Source of the DNA: Ranitomeya imitator | Lineage: Eukaryota | DNA length: 64,000 nt | NCBI RefSeq assembly: GCF_032444005.1 | Contig: NC_091283.1 | Span: forward strand, 176,762,001 to 176,826,000 | Direction of reading: 5' to 3' | Part shown: positions 29,401-42,566 of the stretch, piece after piece | How the letters are laid out: every line of letters begins with the position of its first letter | Position numbering within the stretch: position 1 is the first letter of the stretch | The notes under the pieces: model-generated | What the model was told of the DNA's origin: nothing | Databases searched by the model: none | Seen by the model: the letters and a program-made list of their open reading frames with translations, nothing else | Translations under genes and position numbers: made by a program

Positions 29401-32400
29401 TTAGATACTACAACTCCCATCATGCCAAAACAGGTGCAAGCGGAGAGTTTAATAGGTTGGAAACTTAGACAAACCAGATATCGACAGTAAGGAATATAAC
29501 CCTAAGGTTGTGCTGGAGAGTCCCACACAAGTACACATTTCTGTTAAAGAGGAGATATCCATTATTTTTACCAATAGACATTCTGTGTCCTCAGAAATGT
29601 CATCAGTGCTGATGCCCTCTTCATCATCATCACCATCATCCTCATCCTCCTCAAAACAACCTACGGCGTCCACTGTGATCAGTTCCTCCGAGTCTTCTGG
29701 ACTCCATGTTTCATTTTCACGAAGCTTCACATGTAAAAGACCGCAGTAAGGAATTAGGAAACCAATAACCATATAATGTAGGGAAAAAAATGCTGTGCAC
29801 ATGGCAGTACGTGCATTTTACCTCTTGAGACTTCTGCTTGTGCTCAGGAGACTTCATGTGCTCCACAAACTTGCGAGGAGTCTTGAAGTGGCGACTGCAG
29901 ACGGTGCAGAATGGTCTCAAGGAGCGTTTAGCCATCTAAAAGAGAAATCCTGTTCAATATGGATCGCTGTACCAATATACAGTATGAATGACAGCAGCAT
30001 TCAGATCACACAATCTTTCCCAGGTCCATTAGTGGTGCTGCACAAGGGTTGGTTGACCACGACAACGTAGTTGCATAATTTTCATGGCTGTCAAAACAGT
30101 CCCTGTACCACTTTTCTATTGACCGTGTTAGGACAGAAAAACATCTTACAGACCCTATTCTAGGAGCCAGAATGAAGAACAGCTACATATCAGTAGATAC
30201 CACTAAGGTGGTCCCAATCCATACATGTATTTCATAATACAGTCCCCCTGTGTTTGCCCCTGCTGATGAAAAATACGGCCAGAGGCTCCTTTCCCCAGTG
30301 ATCAGCAAATCTTTGGCTGTCTCCATGAAGGAGACCCCTTATGTCAGTACATTCAGCAATACTGTGCGTTTGAGACATCTGTGCCGTAACCCAGCAGTCC
30401 CCCATGTTCTAAATGGACCCGTTAGGAGCATTCATGCCCCTTTGGACCTTCGTTCTAGTGACTGATGTTCACTGTGGGATGACCCCACAAACCTACATAC
30501 ATACCTTGTGTTCCTGCGTCCGGCGATGTTTGATGAGGTCACAGCTGAAGTGAACCTGGCAGACATTGCACCACCTCATCTGCTTCTTACTGGAAGAGAA
30601 AAGATAATGTTTATTTTTAATGGAAACAGACCCTGGCATTGCTCCGCACTCATTGTGTCTTGGATGATAGTGCAGTCGTCTCTACAATCATTACGGTTAC
30701 AACTAATGACAAATTTTAAGCCATGAAAGATAAGAGTTGGGATTAATGGGGCAGATTTTTACGGATTCCATCATGTACAACAGACAAACATTACTGAAGG
30801 TTTCGTCCTACACAGACAACACTTTCCCTAATCGCCATTCGGTCACTGTAAAGCGGATTCAATCTGTACTTTTTCAATCCTCAATTCCATTCCCTTGTAA
30901 TCACTTTTCTAATTTTTTATGTCAAATGAGCCACATGTGTTAGGGGCTGGCCCCACACCTACAGGGCTCTGGGCTCCCTCCTATCACTCCTCTGAGAGAT
31001 CTGCCTGCAAAACTGGAGATCTCATGCAGGCACAGTCATTCCCTGGGTGACACATGTGCAAATCGGTTGTTCGACTCTCAAAGTGTCAACAGGACTTGAC
31101 CGGAGACCTGCAAGAGCAAGGCCAAGCCCCCTTCACTTGCAGCCCACCTGACACAGATTAGATCAGTTGGGAAGTGTTAAGAATGCTGACAGGTTCCCTT
31201 TCTAATTATTAGGTTAGGGCCAGACAAACTATGCCCACTTCTGGTCAATTGCTGGATGATTAGATTTCAGAGCGACCATTGGCCAGCTGTGGGTAGGCAG
31301 AACATCAGATGCCACACTGTCTGGCCATACCGCTAGGTGATCGGCAAAGTAGGTCCAGCTGAAATCCTCAGTAATCAGAAGCCATCACTGTGAAAATCTG
31401 CAGGGCAAATATGTTACAGTGGCTCTCCGAACTAAGACCACAGGATCCAGCAATCACCCAAGAAACTGTAGTGCACACGGTTTTGCATAAATAATTTGGA
31501 ACCATTGCCCCCACCAATGACTACGGTCTGGGCCGTGGGCAGCAGGCAGACAGTGTGGGTCCTATCCCAAAAGACAGGGTACACCCCACCACATACTGCT
31601 GGGATGCAGGGTTTTCCACAGAGATCTAATCAGTGTCATGTAAAACTGGCAGAATAACCCAGCGCCACTTACCCATCTCTGCTCCCCATGTCGCCCTGAC
31701 CATCCTTTGCAGTGGGCAGTAGTGTGACCAGGCAGGCGTTGCTGACATGCTGGATCTCCTGGATCTTTTTATGATGTTGTGCAGTCACCAGATGAGACTG
31801 GAAATTCTGAAACGGATATAAGTTTACCAGTGGAACACCAGTGGCCATGACATGACTGCCGTGTCACATTATCAGGATGGGCTCGTACCTGCAGGCTGTG
31901 GTAGTTTGTTTTGCAAATATAACAGCAGAACCTCGGTCCGCTGAGCGTTGAGCTGCCAGATGTACGGCCCTTCTCGGCACATGCCGGCTGCAGAGCTGTG
32001 GTGCGACTCTCACTGCGTACCTGGATGGTGACTTTCAAAGCACGGCCACCGCTTATACCCTGGGTCAGGAGGAAAGTGCAACTTAACATAAGACATGAAA
32101 GACGCACGTGACACCTTCAATTACCTGCTGCACTGACCTTTGCAGACTGTGACTGCACACTGCGCTCCTCAGCAACATCATCTGCATCCGCTGCTGCCTC
32201 TGTAACAAGACAACCCCAATGTGGATCTGTCAGAGACAAATCACACAAACATGGGAACCAGTAGCCCGGTAGAAATCCCCCCATGACGTGCAAATTGTGT
32301 AGCGTTACCTTCTTCAGCGAAGCCCGCCTCATCTGTACCAGTCTCAGAGCTGTCAGGAGAACAGACACAGTGATCAGCCCTCATATTATCGACAAGTGTA

Positions 32401-35400
32401 CATTGTATAAATGCAGAATCACACGTTTTATGAAGGATGGCCATTGTTCTGCAGAATCTGCACTTACAGTGAATACACGTCTATTCCATGATCAGAATTG
32501 GTCTCCATCTCTGGATGTCTACTGTACACTACCGGAATGTGGCTCTGTACAACCCTCCCATAGTCTGTGACCATGTTCAGCCACCAAGTGCTTTCAATTC
32601 TGCAACATCGTGCCATCCAGAAATCGGTGGACGCATCCGAGAAATATGGAATCATTTAGGCTTCTTTCACACTTCCGTCGGTACGGGGCCGTCACAAAGC
32701 GTCGGCGTGATATAACGACAGACGTTGTGAAAATTCGGCACAACGTGTGCAGCGGATGCAGTTTTTCAATGTCATCCGCTGCCCATTCTAAAGTCCCGGG
32801 GAGGAGGGGGCGGAGTTCCGGCCGCGCATGCGCAGTAGGAATTGCAGGATCCGACGTACGAAAAAACGTTCCCTTGAACGTTTTTTCCATAGGACGGTCC
32901 GCCAAAACACGACGCATCCAGTGCACAATGGACGCGACATATGGCCATACGTCGCAATCCATCGGCAATACAAGTCTATGGGCAAAAAACGCATCCTGCG
33001 GGCAACTTTGTAGGATTCGTTTTTTGCACAGAACGACGCATTGCGACGGACAGCAAAAGACGGAAATGTGAAAGAGGCGTTACAGAGATAGTAATATGCT
33101 ATAAACATGCCCCACTGATTATCAGCACCAGGGTAATCTTTAGAGTGCCGCAAAGCCAAAAGCTTTGTGTGGACAGTGAACTAATATGTACAAGATACTG
33201 CAGAGACCAGGGCACAATAGATATGCCAGAACAACGGAGGAGACAGGGAGGAGGGCGCTGTTACATCAGGTTGTCAGCTTCTTTGGCATTACCTCCTTGC
33301 TCTTTTGGCTGCAGGTTCAAGTGTGTCGGTATTGCTGCCTTCAGTTAGATTTTCATTGTCTGCAATCACAAGCCAAAAGAAGAACGTTAGCCCCCAACAG
33401 AAGTAATGTACAGTCACAGCTTCTCAGCCTAGAAGGACCAGTACCTCCAAGTCCCCGTACAATAATTGGGGTTCTAAGGATTTGTCTAAAAGTTTATTAT
33501 GATGAGCACAAACTTTATAAGGTCCTGCACTAATGATCGCTGCAGGGAGTACTGTGTGTGCATAGCCCTTAGACCAACTATAAGCACAGTCTCATTTCAA
33601 TTAACTTTAAAAAAAAAAAATGTTAAATACCTTTAAAGCAGGAGCAGGATTGTGTTAAATGAGTGATAGGGCCTGATCTAGTTGGGTCCTATGTTGGGCA
33701 TGTGCGATAGAAAAGCTCCAGATACCTTGTATATACTGAAGATATCCATAGCCCCATTCAGGCAAGGTATGCCAAGAAGTGTCCATTTGGCATATGCCGA
33801 GCTGGTACACATCCTCCTTGTATGGTAAGAAGCATAAACTATTACATATTAAGGTTATACGGCAAGGCCGGGTTTAGACGGTTGTATATGGACCACAATG
33901 CCAGAACCATCTGCAGGTCTCCTAACCTAATTTGCCACAAAGGCATATATGAGGCTGCATAGAAGGGTCAGGAGATCCGAGGTCAGTCCAGGCATTGTGG
34001 TTCGTATAGAAACCATGAAACACAACAGTCTGAACCCACACTAAGGATACTTCGTCACCTGAGCAGGGCACATCTGTAGTACCAGGGACGATGCTGTGGT
34101 GGGTAAAGCATAGGGGACCCCCACAGACAGCCTGACCAAATGTTACCAACCCTTTGTTTGTTATTACTTATGGAGAACATGTTGGATGTCTTGGAAATTC
34201 TCAGATCTCAGAAGTACAACCTCTCTACTAGATCTGAATGAAATGACTCCCAGGATCCATGAACACACCAGTCTCTTTCTCAGAGGCGGGCAGTATTGTG
34301 CCTACTCACTGACCCGAGTTCAGATTATCATCTGCTTCTGACGCAGTTGGTGGGAGTTCCACGTTGCCCCTCTCAGTGTTTGGATCACTGGAGTATTTGC
34401 CTGGCGCAGATGAGCTATGATCACCATCCCTCTTGGCATCAGTATTCTTGTAGTGATCCTACAATAAGAACAATTTGTATATTTGTACATGATAGAATAT
34501 AAATGTTAAGGTTTAATAGGGTCAAATTCATTTGTCTGACAGAACGTATGGGCAGTCATCTCACGTCAAACTTATTCTTCCAAACAGGTCCGACGTTTCT
34601 GTGTGAAGTCATTCTATAACATGGCTTTGTTTTTCTGCTACATTGTGCCAAATCCCATCAGTACACCAAATTACAAAATTCTGGCTACCTGCAGCCACCA
34701 CTAGGGGGTGCTTACTTTGTATGGTCTTATTGCAAAGTTTAAAGGGATTGCCCACACTGGCGACTTCTCCATAAGATAGGTAATCAATATGGGATCCGAC
34801 ACCTGGCACTCCCAGAAATCAACTGAAAGCAGCTCTGGCAGTGGCTGGATGTAATCACATGGTACGGAGCTGTTCTGCAATACCTAGCAGAGGCCACTAC
34901 ACATTGAATGCATCTACACTCTGCACCATGTGTTTACATCTGCCACAGCCGATCGATCGGCTAACCTAATCCTATAGATATGTAATCAATGCATCTGCTG
35001 GCATCCAAAATCTTGTATTTTAAGACTACATAGAGAATTTAGGTTCAGTTAGGCTACTTTCACACTAGAGTCGGACTCGGCCGAGGTTCCGACGCTAGCA
35101 GTGAATGCGCCGCACAACGGAGGCAGCGGATGCATTTTTCCTGTGCATCCGCTGCCCTATTGTAAGGTGCGGGGAGGTGGGGGTGGAGTTCCGGCCGCGC
35201 ATGCGCGATTGGAAAAAGCGGTCCGTCGGCAGCAAAAAACGTTACATGTAACGTTTTTTGCTCCCGGCAGTCCGCCACAACACGGCGCGACCGTCGCACG
35301 ACGGTTGCGACGTGTGTCAATGCATCGCAATGCGTCGCTAATGTTAATCTATGGGGCAAAAACGCATCCTGCAAACAACTTTGCAGGATGCGTTTCTTCC

Positions 35401-38400
35401 CATAAACGACGCATTGCGACGTATTGCAAAAAACGCTAGTGTGAAAGTAGCCGTAGTCTGACACATTATACCCATTGTCACGGATCCCACTGTGCTGCCA
35501 CCAATTTGTCACGTATCCGCTCAGCACGCGACTTGGGGTTGTGCCTGCAAGGGTTAATCTATCTCCCCCCTCTCAGTCCAGCATTTAACCTCTGTCCTAT
35601 GCTGTAATGGGAGCATAAATCACACACCCGCTCATACACACTGCCACCACTCACCAAACACATGGGTGATGAGTCCCGGAAATATTACTACCACTGTCAA
35701 AAAGGTACAGTGCTTACAATAAAGAAAAAAGGTATAAAAATATGGTAATAAAGAGACACAAATATGAAAAACAGTTCTAAAAATAAACTGGAGAAAACTT
35801 ACAGAAATAGCTAACTGTAGTCTGCTTTCTGCTCCCTGAGGGGGGAATGGATGGACTGGATCACATCAGCTTGGCTGCCCCTCAATCTGTGAACAACTTT
35901 GTACATGTACAAGCCTAATTTAGAGTTACACTGGAGGTCAAATTTTTAGACCAGCCTCCCAGGTTAATATTATAATTGCTTGTTTTTGATTGGACCACGG
36001 CCGCTCCTCCAATGAATATATTTTCCTCTGAACACTCTTTGCCTAAATGTTCTCACAGATAGATAGTGTCAGGCTGTAAATGACCTGTCTTCAAAAGAGC
36101 TAGAAGGTGTGAAATGTTTCCCCTTCTTCCTGGTTCCCAGACAGACCCCCTGGCGAGATTGGAAACAGTAGACTGCCTTCTCAAGATACATGTGTTGTGA
36201 TCTTTGAGAGACCTGCAGTTTCCAGACAGACAAACTACTGCTGGTTACACATATAAACCTATACATATTTCACTACACCTCCCTCCTTTTGAACGTGCAT
36301 GGGGGTTAACTTACAGGTCAGCTCCCGAGCACGTATCTAGTTCCACCCCCCACCCCCCCTTGGCAAGATAGGCCATCAGCATTGCCATGATCGATTCCCT
36401 TCTTATGCTGAATTGTGAAATCATATTGCTGTAATATCCGACGCCATCTACGCAATTTCCCGTTGTCCCCAACTACTCTGTTGAGCCAAGTCAATGGGTT
36501 ATGATCTGTTATCACGGTGAAGTTGCACCCATAGAGGTATGGTTGCAGCTTCTGCAGAGACCACACAATTGCCAAACATTCCTTCTTACTTGTGGCATAA
36601 GCCACTTCTCTGGTCAGGGGTATCTGCCAGTATCCCCTACTTAGGTCCATGATGGTAAGGTATGATGCTTTAGCTAGCTGCTCTAACAGCTCGTCTATCC
36701 TCGGCATGGGGTAGACCTCACATGTAGTCAGTACATTTAATTTCCTGTAGTCTACACAGAACCGGGTAGTACGGTCCTTTTTTGGGACAAGAACCAAAAG
36801 CGAGGTGCAGGCACTCTAGGATTTTTGTATTACCCTGAGGTTCAGTATCTCCTCTACCTGTTTCCTCATGTGTGCTTTCACCTCTGCTGACAGCTGTTAT
36901 GGAGACTGCCGTACTGGGGGATTAGTACTAGTGTCCACATGGTGAGCTGCTAAGTGCGTCCTCCCAGGCTCCCCTGTGAAGACTTTGTTGAACTCGCTGA
37001 GCACCCCATCAGCTCAGACCTCTGACTGTGGGATAGCTTAGGCTGGGTTCCCATTGCGTTATGGGATCACGTTTAACGGACAGCGTTGCACGGCGAAATT
37101 AACGCCGTGCAACGCGTCCGTTAGCGCGCCCATTTAAGGCAATGGGAACGCGCATCGCTAGCGCGTGCCATTTTCGGCACGCGCTAGCGATGTGCCGGTG
37201 TTTTGTAGCGCGCCGCGGACGCTGCAAGCAGCGTCCGCGGCGCGCCCGAGGTCCGTTCCCCGCTCTCGCAGATCAGGGATCTGCGAGAGCGGGGACGTTA
37301 AACGCGACCCCGAAAATCACATTGCGTTAGCGCAACCCGCTAGCGCTTAGCGCTAAACGGATTGCTCTAACGCAATCTGAACTTAGCCTTAGGGTTAAAC
37401 TCTGCTGCCTCCAGGGACTCCATGTACTGAGTCCCAGCCCCCACAACTAGTAACAGATCAGCCTCCCCTTCTTCAGGCAGGCTACAGACAAGTAAGACAC
37501 AGGTCTCCCTGTCATGATGAGCCTTCAGCATATTTACATGAAATATTTTCTGATGCTTTGCATGCTCATCTAGGGTCACCACATAATTAACATAATTCAG
37601 CCGCTTGTGTACAGTGTATGGTCCCTCCCATGCGGCCTGTAATTTTTTCTGTTACATAGGGACCAACACCCAAACCTTCAGCCCCTCCTCGTAGGCCCTC
37701 AGACTGGCATTACGGTTGTACCAGACCTTTTGGTTGATTTGGGCCTGGGTCACGTTCTCAAGGGCCAGGTTGCTCAATTTTTGCATTCTTTCTCTGAGCG
37801 GCAGTACATATTCGACCACTGAGACTCCAGTAGTTCTGGGGTTGTCCTCCCTACTGCCCTTAATCAAATCAAGTGGCCCCCTGACCCTCCTCCCATAGAC
37901 CAGTCCAAAGGGGGAGAATCCTGTAGACGCCTGGGGTACCTCTCTGTATGCGAACAACAGATGGGGGAGGTACCGCTGCCAGTCTCTCCCTTTTGTCTCC
38001 ACCAGCATTTTCAGCATTTGTTTTAATGTTCCGTTAAAATGCTCACAGAGTCCATTGGTTTGGGGATGATGGGCGCTGGCCACAAAATGCTGCCCTTGTA
38101 TTTTCTCGCAGAGGCTTTCCATCAGATCGGACATGAACTGGATTCCCTGATCAGTTAACATTTCCCTGGGGAAACCCACGGAAGCTGAACAGGGCCAATT
38201 GCCAACGCATTTCGAAGGTCACCGTTCAGCTTCCGTTCCCTGCTCCATTCTTTCAGCTCTTGGTGATGTCACCCAGACCACGCCCCCCTCACACACCGCT
38301 ACAGTCTAGCGGCGCCTTCGGCCGAGGCACGCCGCTTGTCGGTCTTCCTGGCGAGCGCAGCGGTACAAATCCAATAGGGGAGGACGCTCCCAGGATTTCT

Positions 38401-40677
38401 ACCACCCTGCATCGCCGCTTCGACCCCCAACTCTGGACTCACGGAGGCATTGCATGTCAGTGTGTTTCATGCAGCAGCGTGCACATTTGTCCCTTTCAAG
38501 CACCAATTGTCTCCACACACTTGGATTCAGCCTAATGGTCTTCTCGCCGGCACATATTGATGCATAAAAGACACAGCACCGGCGCAACACCAGTAAGTGT
38601 TCTTTTCAACTTTTTGTGACTGGGACCTATTGTGCTATTTTTTCTTGGTGCATGATTGCTATTATCGGTGGTTGGTAGCGATTGGTAATCAGTATATCTA
38701 TTAAGATTGGTTATTTATTAATTGGTATATATTCAAAGCACTAAAGCCTCAAGGTTAATATAGAAACGGTCTTATTAACCAACTATTTATTTATTCCATT
38801 CTGAATAGGGTAGCGCGGTGACCTTTGTTTTAACTTTATTAGTTTTTTTTTGGTATTAATAGACTGAGCGCAGCAGCTGTCTAGGCACCAGCAGCTTTAA
38901 CCTATATCTAACTCCTTTGGGAGTGCCAGTGTGTCTAACATTATATAAATTTCTAGACCAGCCTCTCAGGTTAATATTATAATTGCTTGTATTTGATTGG
39001 ACCACGGCCGCTCCCCCAATGAATATATTATTTTCCTCTGAACACTCTTTGCCTAAATGTTCTCACAGATAGATAGTGTCAGGCTGTAATTGACATCTCT
39101 CTTCAAAAGAGCTAGAAGGTGTGAAATGTTTCCCCTTCTTCCTGGTTCCCAGCCAGTCCCCTTGGCGAGATTGGAGACAGCAGACTGCCTTCTCAAGATA
39201 CATATGTTGGCACCTTTGTGAGACCTGCAGTCTCCGGACATATGGTAAACTACTGCTGGTTACCCATATAAACCTATATATATTTCACTACACACATATA
39301 TACCTATGCATATTTCACTACACCCATGATGGCTATGGCCGCCGAATTTGGAGAGATTTGCTGACCATCTAATATGTATTGGGGTCTGCAGACGCTCTCC
39401 CAACAGATTACGTCAAGAGATAAACAAAGGGTGGGAATGTTGTGTTTCAGCACTTGTTCTTTCTGATGCTGCAGAGAGAAGTCATCGATACCGATTTCGA
39501 GCAAGAGAATACTCCACTCTTCTCTCTGAAAACTTGATTGACTGAACGTATACGTGAGTGAGGGTGGGTGGCAGGCGTTAGGAATAGCCATCCGATGAAC
39601 ATATGTACTATGCTTTTACTGCAAATCATCATGGACCTGAACGTCACATAACACAAGTTTACATGGCTGCAGATAGGCTAGGCTCACCTTGTGATACACA
39701 CGCGGCTGCTGAAAAGGCATGTGCGGGAACGTCATGCTCTGAGCTTTCACAGTTACACCCATTGGAGGAATACCCAGGATTGAGTGCCTTGCAGCTGCGG
39801 TAAAGAATGGAGGCATCGGCGGAGGCGCCACCATGCTGAGACCACGTAGGTTACCTACAAAACAAGTGACAAATCTTCAAATATAATAATTGTTGTATTG
39901 CAGGAACTCTCTTATCACAGGCAGGATTGCAATGATAGGTGCTCTGCTTGGAGTGAGACCGGGCATGTACACCATCAACCCACTCAAGTCAGTTATTTAC
40001 AGTGCCCCATTCCTGGTGGGTCCCCACGGTCAGCAAGTTATCCCCCATCTTCCCTCTGGAATCCTCTTAATAGCAGTTCATAATCATGCAAAGAAAATTA
40101 AAACCATATGAAGAAATAAACACCATCCAGTTTTAATGAGCGATTATAATCTGGGCGATGGCTTACACTCTCCTTGTGTTCTCATATGTAGGTCACTGTC
40201 CTAATTCTAGAATGCTGAACATGGAGGGGATCGGACCATCACAAATGAAACGAAAATAATGCAATCTACATACAGACATGGAAAGAACGGAGAAAGGGCA
40301 CGTCGTCCATTAGTAATGGGCATGAATAGGAAGCTTACCTTGCATCTGCTGCATTAGCAGAGCACGCTGTATCATGGGGTGAGTATTGAGAAGTCTGGCA
40401 GGATTGGCAGCCTGCAGGTTCAGCATCTGCTGCGGTTGCTGGTGCTGCACTGGGTTTGGCATTGGCCTGTTCAAAGACTGTATTAGTATGGAGAAGCATT
40501 ATATGGCAGGCGGTGAATGGCAGCAGGGTATGCTTACCTTGGCGCTGCATGCTGGACGGGCAGCGGATGCTGTGCACTCTGCGGATGGTGCGCTGGCGGC
40601 TGCACCGTGTGCTGCTGCTGCTGCAGTAGGTGCTGGAGCTGAATGAGCTGCTGTAACTGCTGCTGGTTGTTAAACAT
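26426..40677 (-). CDS. CIZ1: Cip1-interacting zinc finger protein 1, 15 coding exons, ~655 aa
   Basis: Phase-consistent exons 40677-40538, 40466-40339, 39854-39688, 34458-34314, 33359-33293, 32349-32309, 32199-32138, 32059-31889, 31806-31673, 30589-30505, 29935-29822, 29724-29572, 28622-28562, 28234-28113, 26803-26426 (1968 nt). Motifs: MFNNQQQ, QRALLMQQMQGNLRG, PAAKRARS, LKVTIQ, three zinc fingers (FCCYICK, RWCNVCQ..KHRRTQEHK, RPFCTVCSRHFKTPRKFVEHMKS), ITVDAVGCFEEDE acidic domain and a matrin-type finger (GHLCRLCHKFY..HCKSLVHFQN). The small central exons are less certain. Confidence 0.9.
28798..28980 (+). mobile_element. V-SINE-like retroposon, 3' part
   Basis: Core GGGTTTCCTCCGGGTACTCCTGTTTCCTCCCACA typical of V-SINEs, followed by a LINE-like tail ending AATAAAGATTATTATT. 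Confidence 0.65.
32659..33079. mobile_element. Harbinger-type MITE (second family)
   Basis: TTA flanks; termini GGCTTCTTTCACA / TGTGAAAGAGGCG; homologous to 35052-35452 and 40863-41236. Confidence 0.8.
35052..35452. mobile_element. Harbinger-type MITE (second family)
   Basis: TIR GGCTACTTTCACACTAG / CTAGTGTGAAAGTAGCC; flanks TTA and GTA. Confidence 0.8.
35476..39322 (-). mobile_element. Decayed Gmr1-like (Ty3/gypsy, integrase upstream of RT) LTR retrotransposon in a CIZ1 intron
   Basis: TG...CA ends with 5-bp TSD CCCAT (35471-35475, 39323-39327). LTR copies ~35940-36277 and ~38947-39292; PPT 36278-36290. Minus-strand order: integrase (GFPREMLTDQG..HPQTNGLCEHFN, 38179-37652), IN C-terminus (IFHVNMLK), RT (VLVPKKD..FCVDYRKLN..MDLSRGYWQIPL), RNase H (KECLAIVW..TDHNPL..NADGLS). 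gag/protease and part of RT are missing. Confidence 0.88.
37041..37388. mobile_element. Palindromic Harbinger-type MITE nested in the Gmr1-like element
   Basis: TTA TSD; termini GGCTGGGTTC / GAACTTAGCC; CpG-rich self-complementary interior. Confidence 0.8.
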
Positions 40678-40862
40678 CTTAAAGCAAAGGACCTAAGACA
40701 ACAGAGAAGAGCTGATCCTTTACGTCAATGGGGAGATCGAAAGTCTTGGAGGTGGGCTCCCCTCTGATCTTCAGAAGGAAATGGACACCACCCTGTAGCA
40801 CTGGCACTGCAGCCTAGAAATTGGCACCTTATGCCATCACTTTAAGGTGGAGAACCCCTTTA

Positions 40863-41236
40863 CGCTGCTTTCACACTTGCGTCGGTAAGCGGCCGTCGCA
40901 AAGCGTCGACGCGACGGACGTTGTGCAAATTTTGCACAACGTGGGCAGCGGATGCAGTTTTTCAACACATCCGCTGCCCATCCTAAGTCCCGGGAGGAGG
41001 GGGCGGAGTGCCGGCCGCGCATGCGCGGTAGGAAATGGCGGATCCGACGTACGAAAAAACGTTACATTTAACGTTTTTTTCGTGATGGTCCGCCAAAACA
41101 CGACGAATCCAGTGCATGACGGACGCGACGTATGGCCATACGTCGTGATCCGTCGGCAATACAAGTCTATGGGGAAAAAAAATGCATCCTGCGGGCATTG
41201 CGACAGATTTAAAACGACGCAAGTGTGAAGGTAGCC
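40863..41236. mobile_element. Harbinger-type MITE in CIZ1 intron 1
   Basis: TTA flanks; termini (C)GCTGCTTTCACACTT / AAGTGTGAAGGTAGCC; same family as 32659. Confidence 0.8.
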
Positions 41237-42566
41237 TTAGGGAGATGAATAGCTACGTATGGCAGTGTTACCATTTAGGATTCTGGAGAAGTCACGGATT
41301 GGCCCTTATAAAGTAATGGGGGTCTTTGGGTTCTTAAACTGCTTCCTCAGAGACAGATAACCAAAAAGCTGCCAGTTTTGCCCACAAGTCCCGAGAAGTG
41401 GCCCATAAGGGAAGCTGCTGCGGTAAATCACTTCTAGGAGGAAAGTGCGGGTACATTATTCATTGGGAGTGAAGAAATGTACGCTTGCCCGCAGACTGCG
41501 GGGGGGCATTAATGACAACATAATAACGATGCCAAAAAATCTGATTAATACTGCGGGGGAAGGTAGGGATGCACAATGGCGCCCCCGGTCATTCTCTATA
41601 TAAAGCTTCACATGGAGGGGGCAGAGTACCCCAATATTCACAGAAGTGCCCACTTACTGTCCAGCAACATAGATGCCGATTACTTCACTTCCATGTAAGC
41701 CTCCTACGTCTAGTGCAGCAGCCTGGCATGAATTATGCACGTCCAGCTCCTGTTACATGCCAGCCATCAGCTGCCGACCTGTCTCCTGTTATATATATTG
41801 CCCAATTCACGGCAGAGCGGTGCCACTGCTCATGGGCGACACATGGGGAGAGTAGTCTGACATTTCAGAAGATAAGGCGCATGTATGTGCCCCCCACAAT
41901 GCCCTTTATCTAATGTGTATGCCACCCCTCAATGACCATCTCATGTAACATCACATAAGAGGTGGATGTGGCGATAGATTACATGAGATGGGCATAGAGG
42001 GCGGCACACACAAACACTACTCACCATGAAAAAATGTAGGTGCCATACAGTGCCCTTCTCATGTTACATGGCACTCCATCCAGCCCTATTATGTGATATG
42101 CTGTGAGATGGGCACGGAGGGTGGCACATACAATATTGACAGTCTGTGCCCATTCAATGTAGGATTTCAGCAATGCACAACCTCTGTATGTAGTGTTATG
42201 CGAGGCGGGCATTTAGGGTGGCACAGACATGGCGAGAGATGGTTGTAGGTGCCACCCCTAGAGCCCATCTCCTTATGTAACCACTGGCACTGCCTGCCAC
42301 CCTCAGTGCCCGACTGACCGCTCACGCCCCCACCCCCTCATTATGCAGAATGTCGCACGAGGTGGGCACGGAGGGCGGCACACACACGTTGCATGGTGAG
42401 GGGTGCCTGCTTGTGCCCTTCTGAATGTAAGAATCATGTGCCTTCCTCAGTGCCCACCACACGTAACATGCCACCAATCACATCCAGCCATTATGCCACC
42501 TGCATGTGCCACCCTGGATGCCCTCACTGACACGAGCTGCAGAGCGGGCAGTCTCCCTCATCTTAC

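Noticed and set aside
32125-32137. Alternative CIZ1 donor CAG|GTAATT at 32124
   Set aside because: It gives phase 1, which is out of frame with the next exon; the phase-0 donor at 32137 was used.
23306-34710. Scattered CTCF-like motifs (e.g. ~23308, ~34697) as regulatory sites
   Set aside because: They appear to sit in decayed MITE-like sequence and there is no independent support.
38179-38945. Penelope-type hammerhead ribozyme in the unclassified insert within the Gmr1-like element
   Set aside because: A 12-bp stem (38179-38190 / 38224-38235) and a CTGAA..GAAA-like motif exist on the minus strand, but the CUGANGA core and stem II do not fit. The insert is left unclassified.
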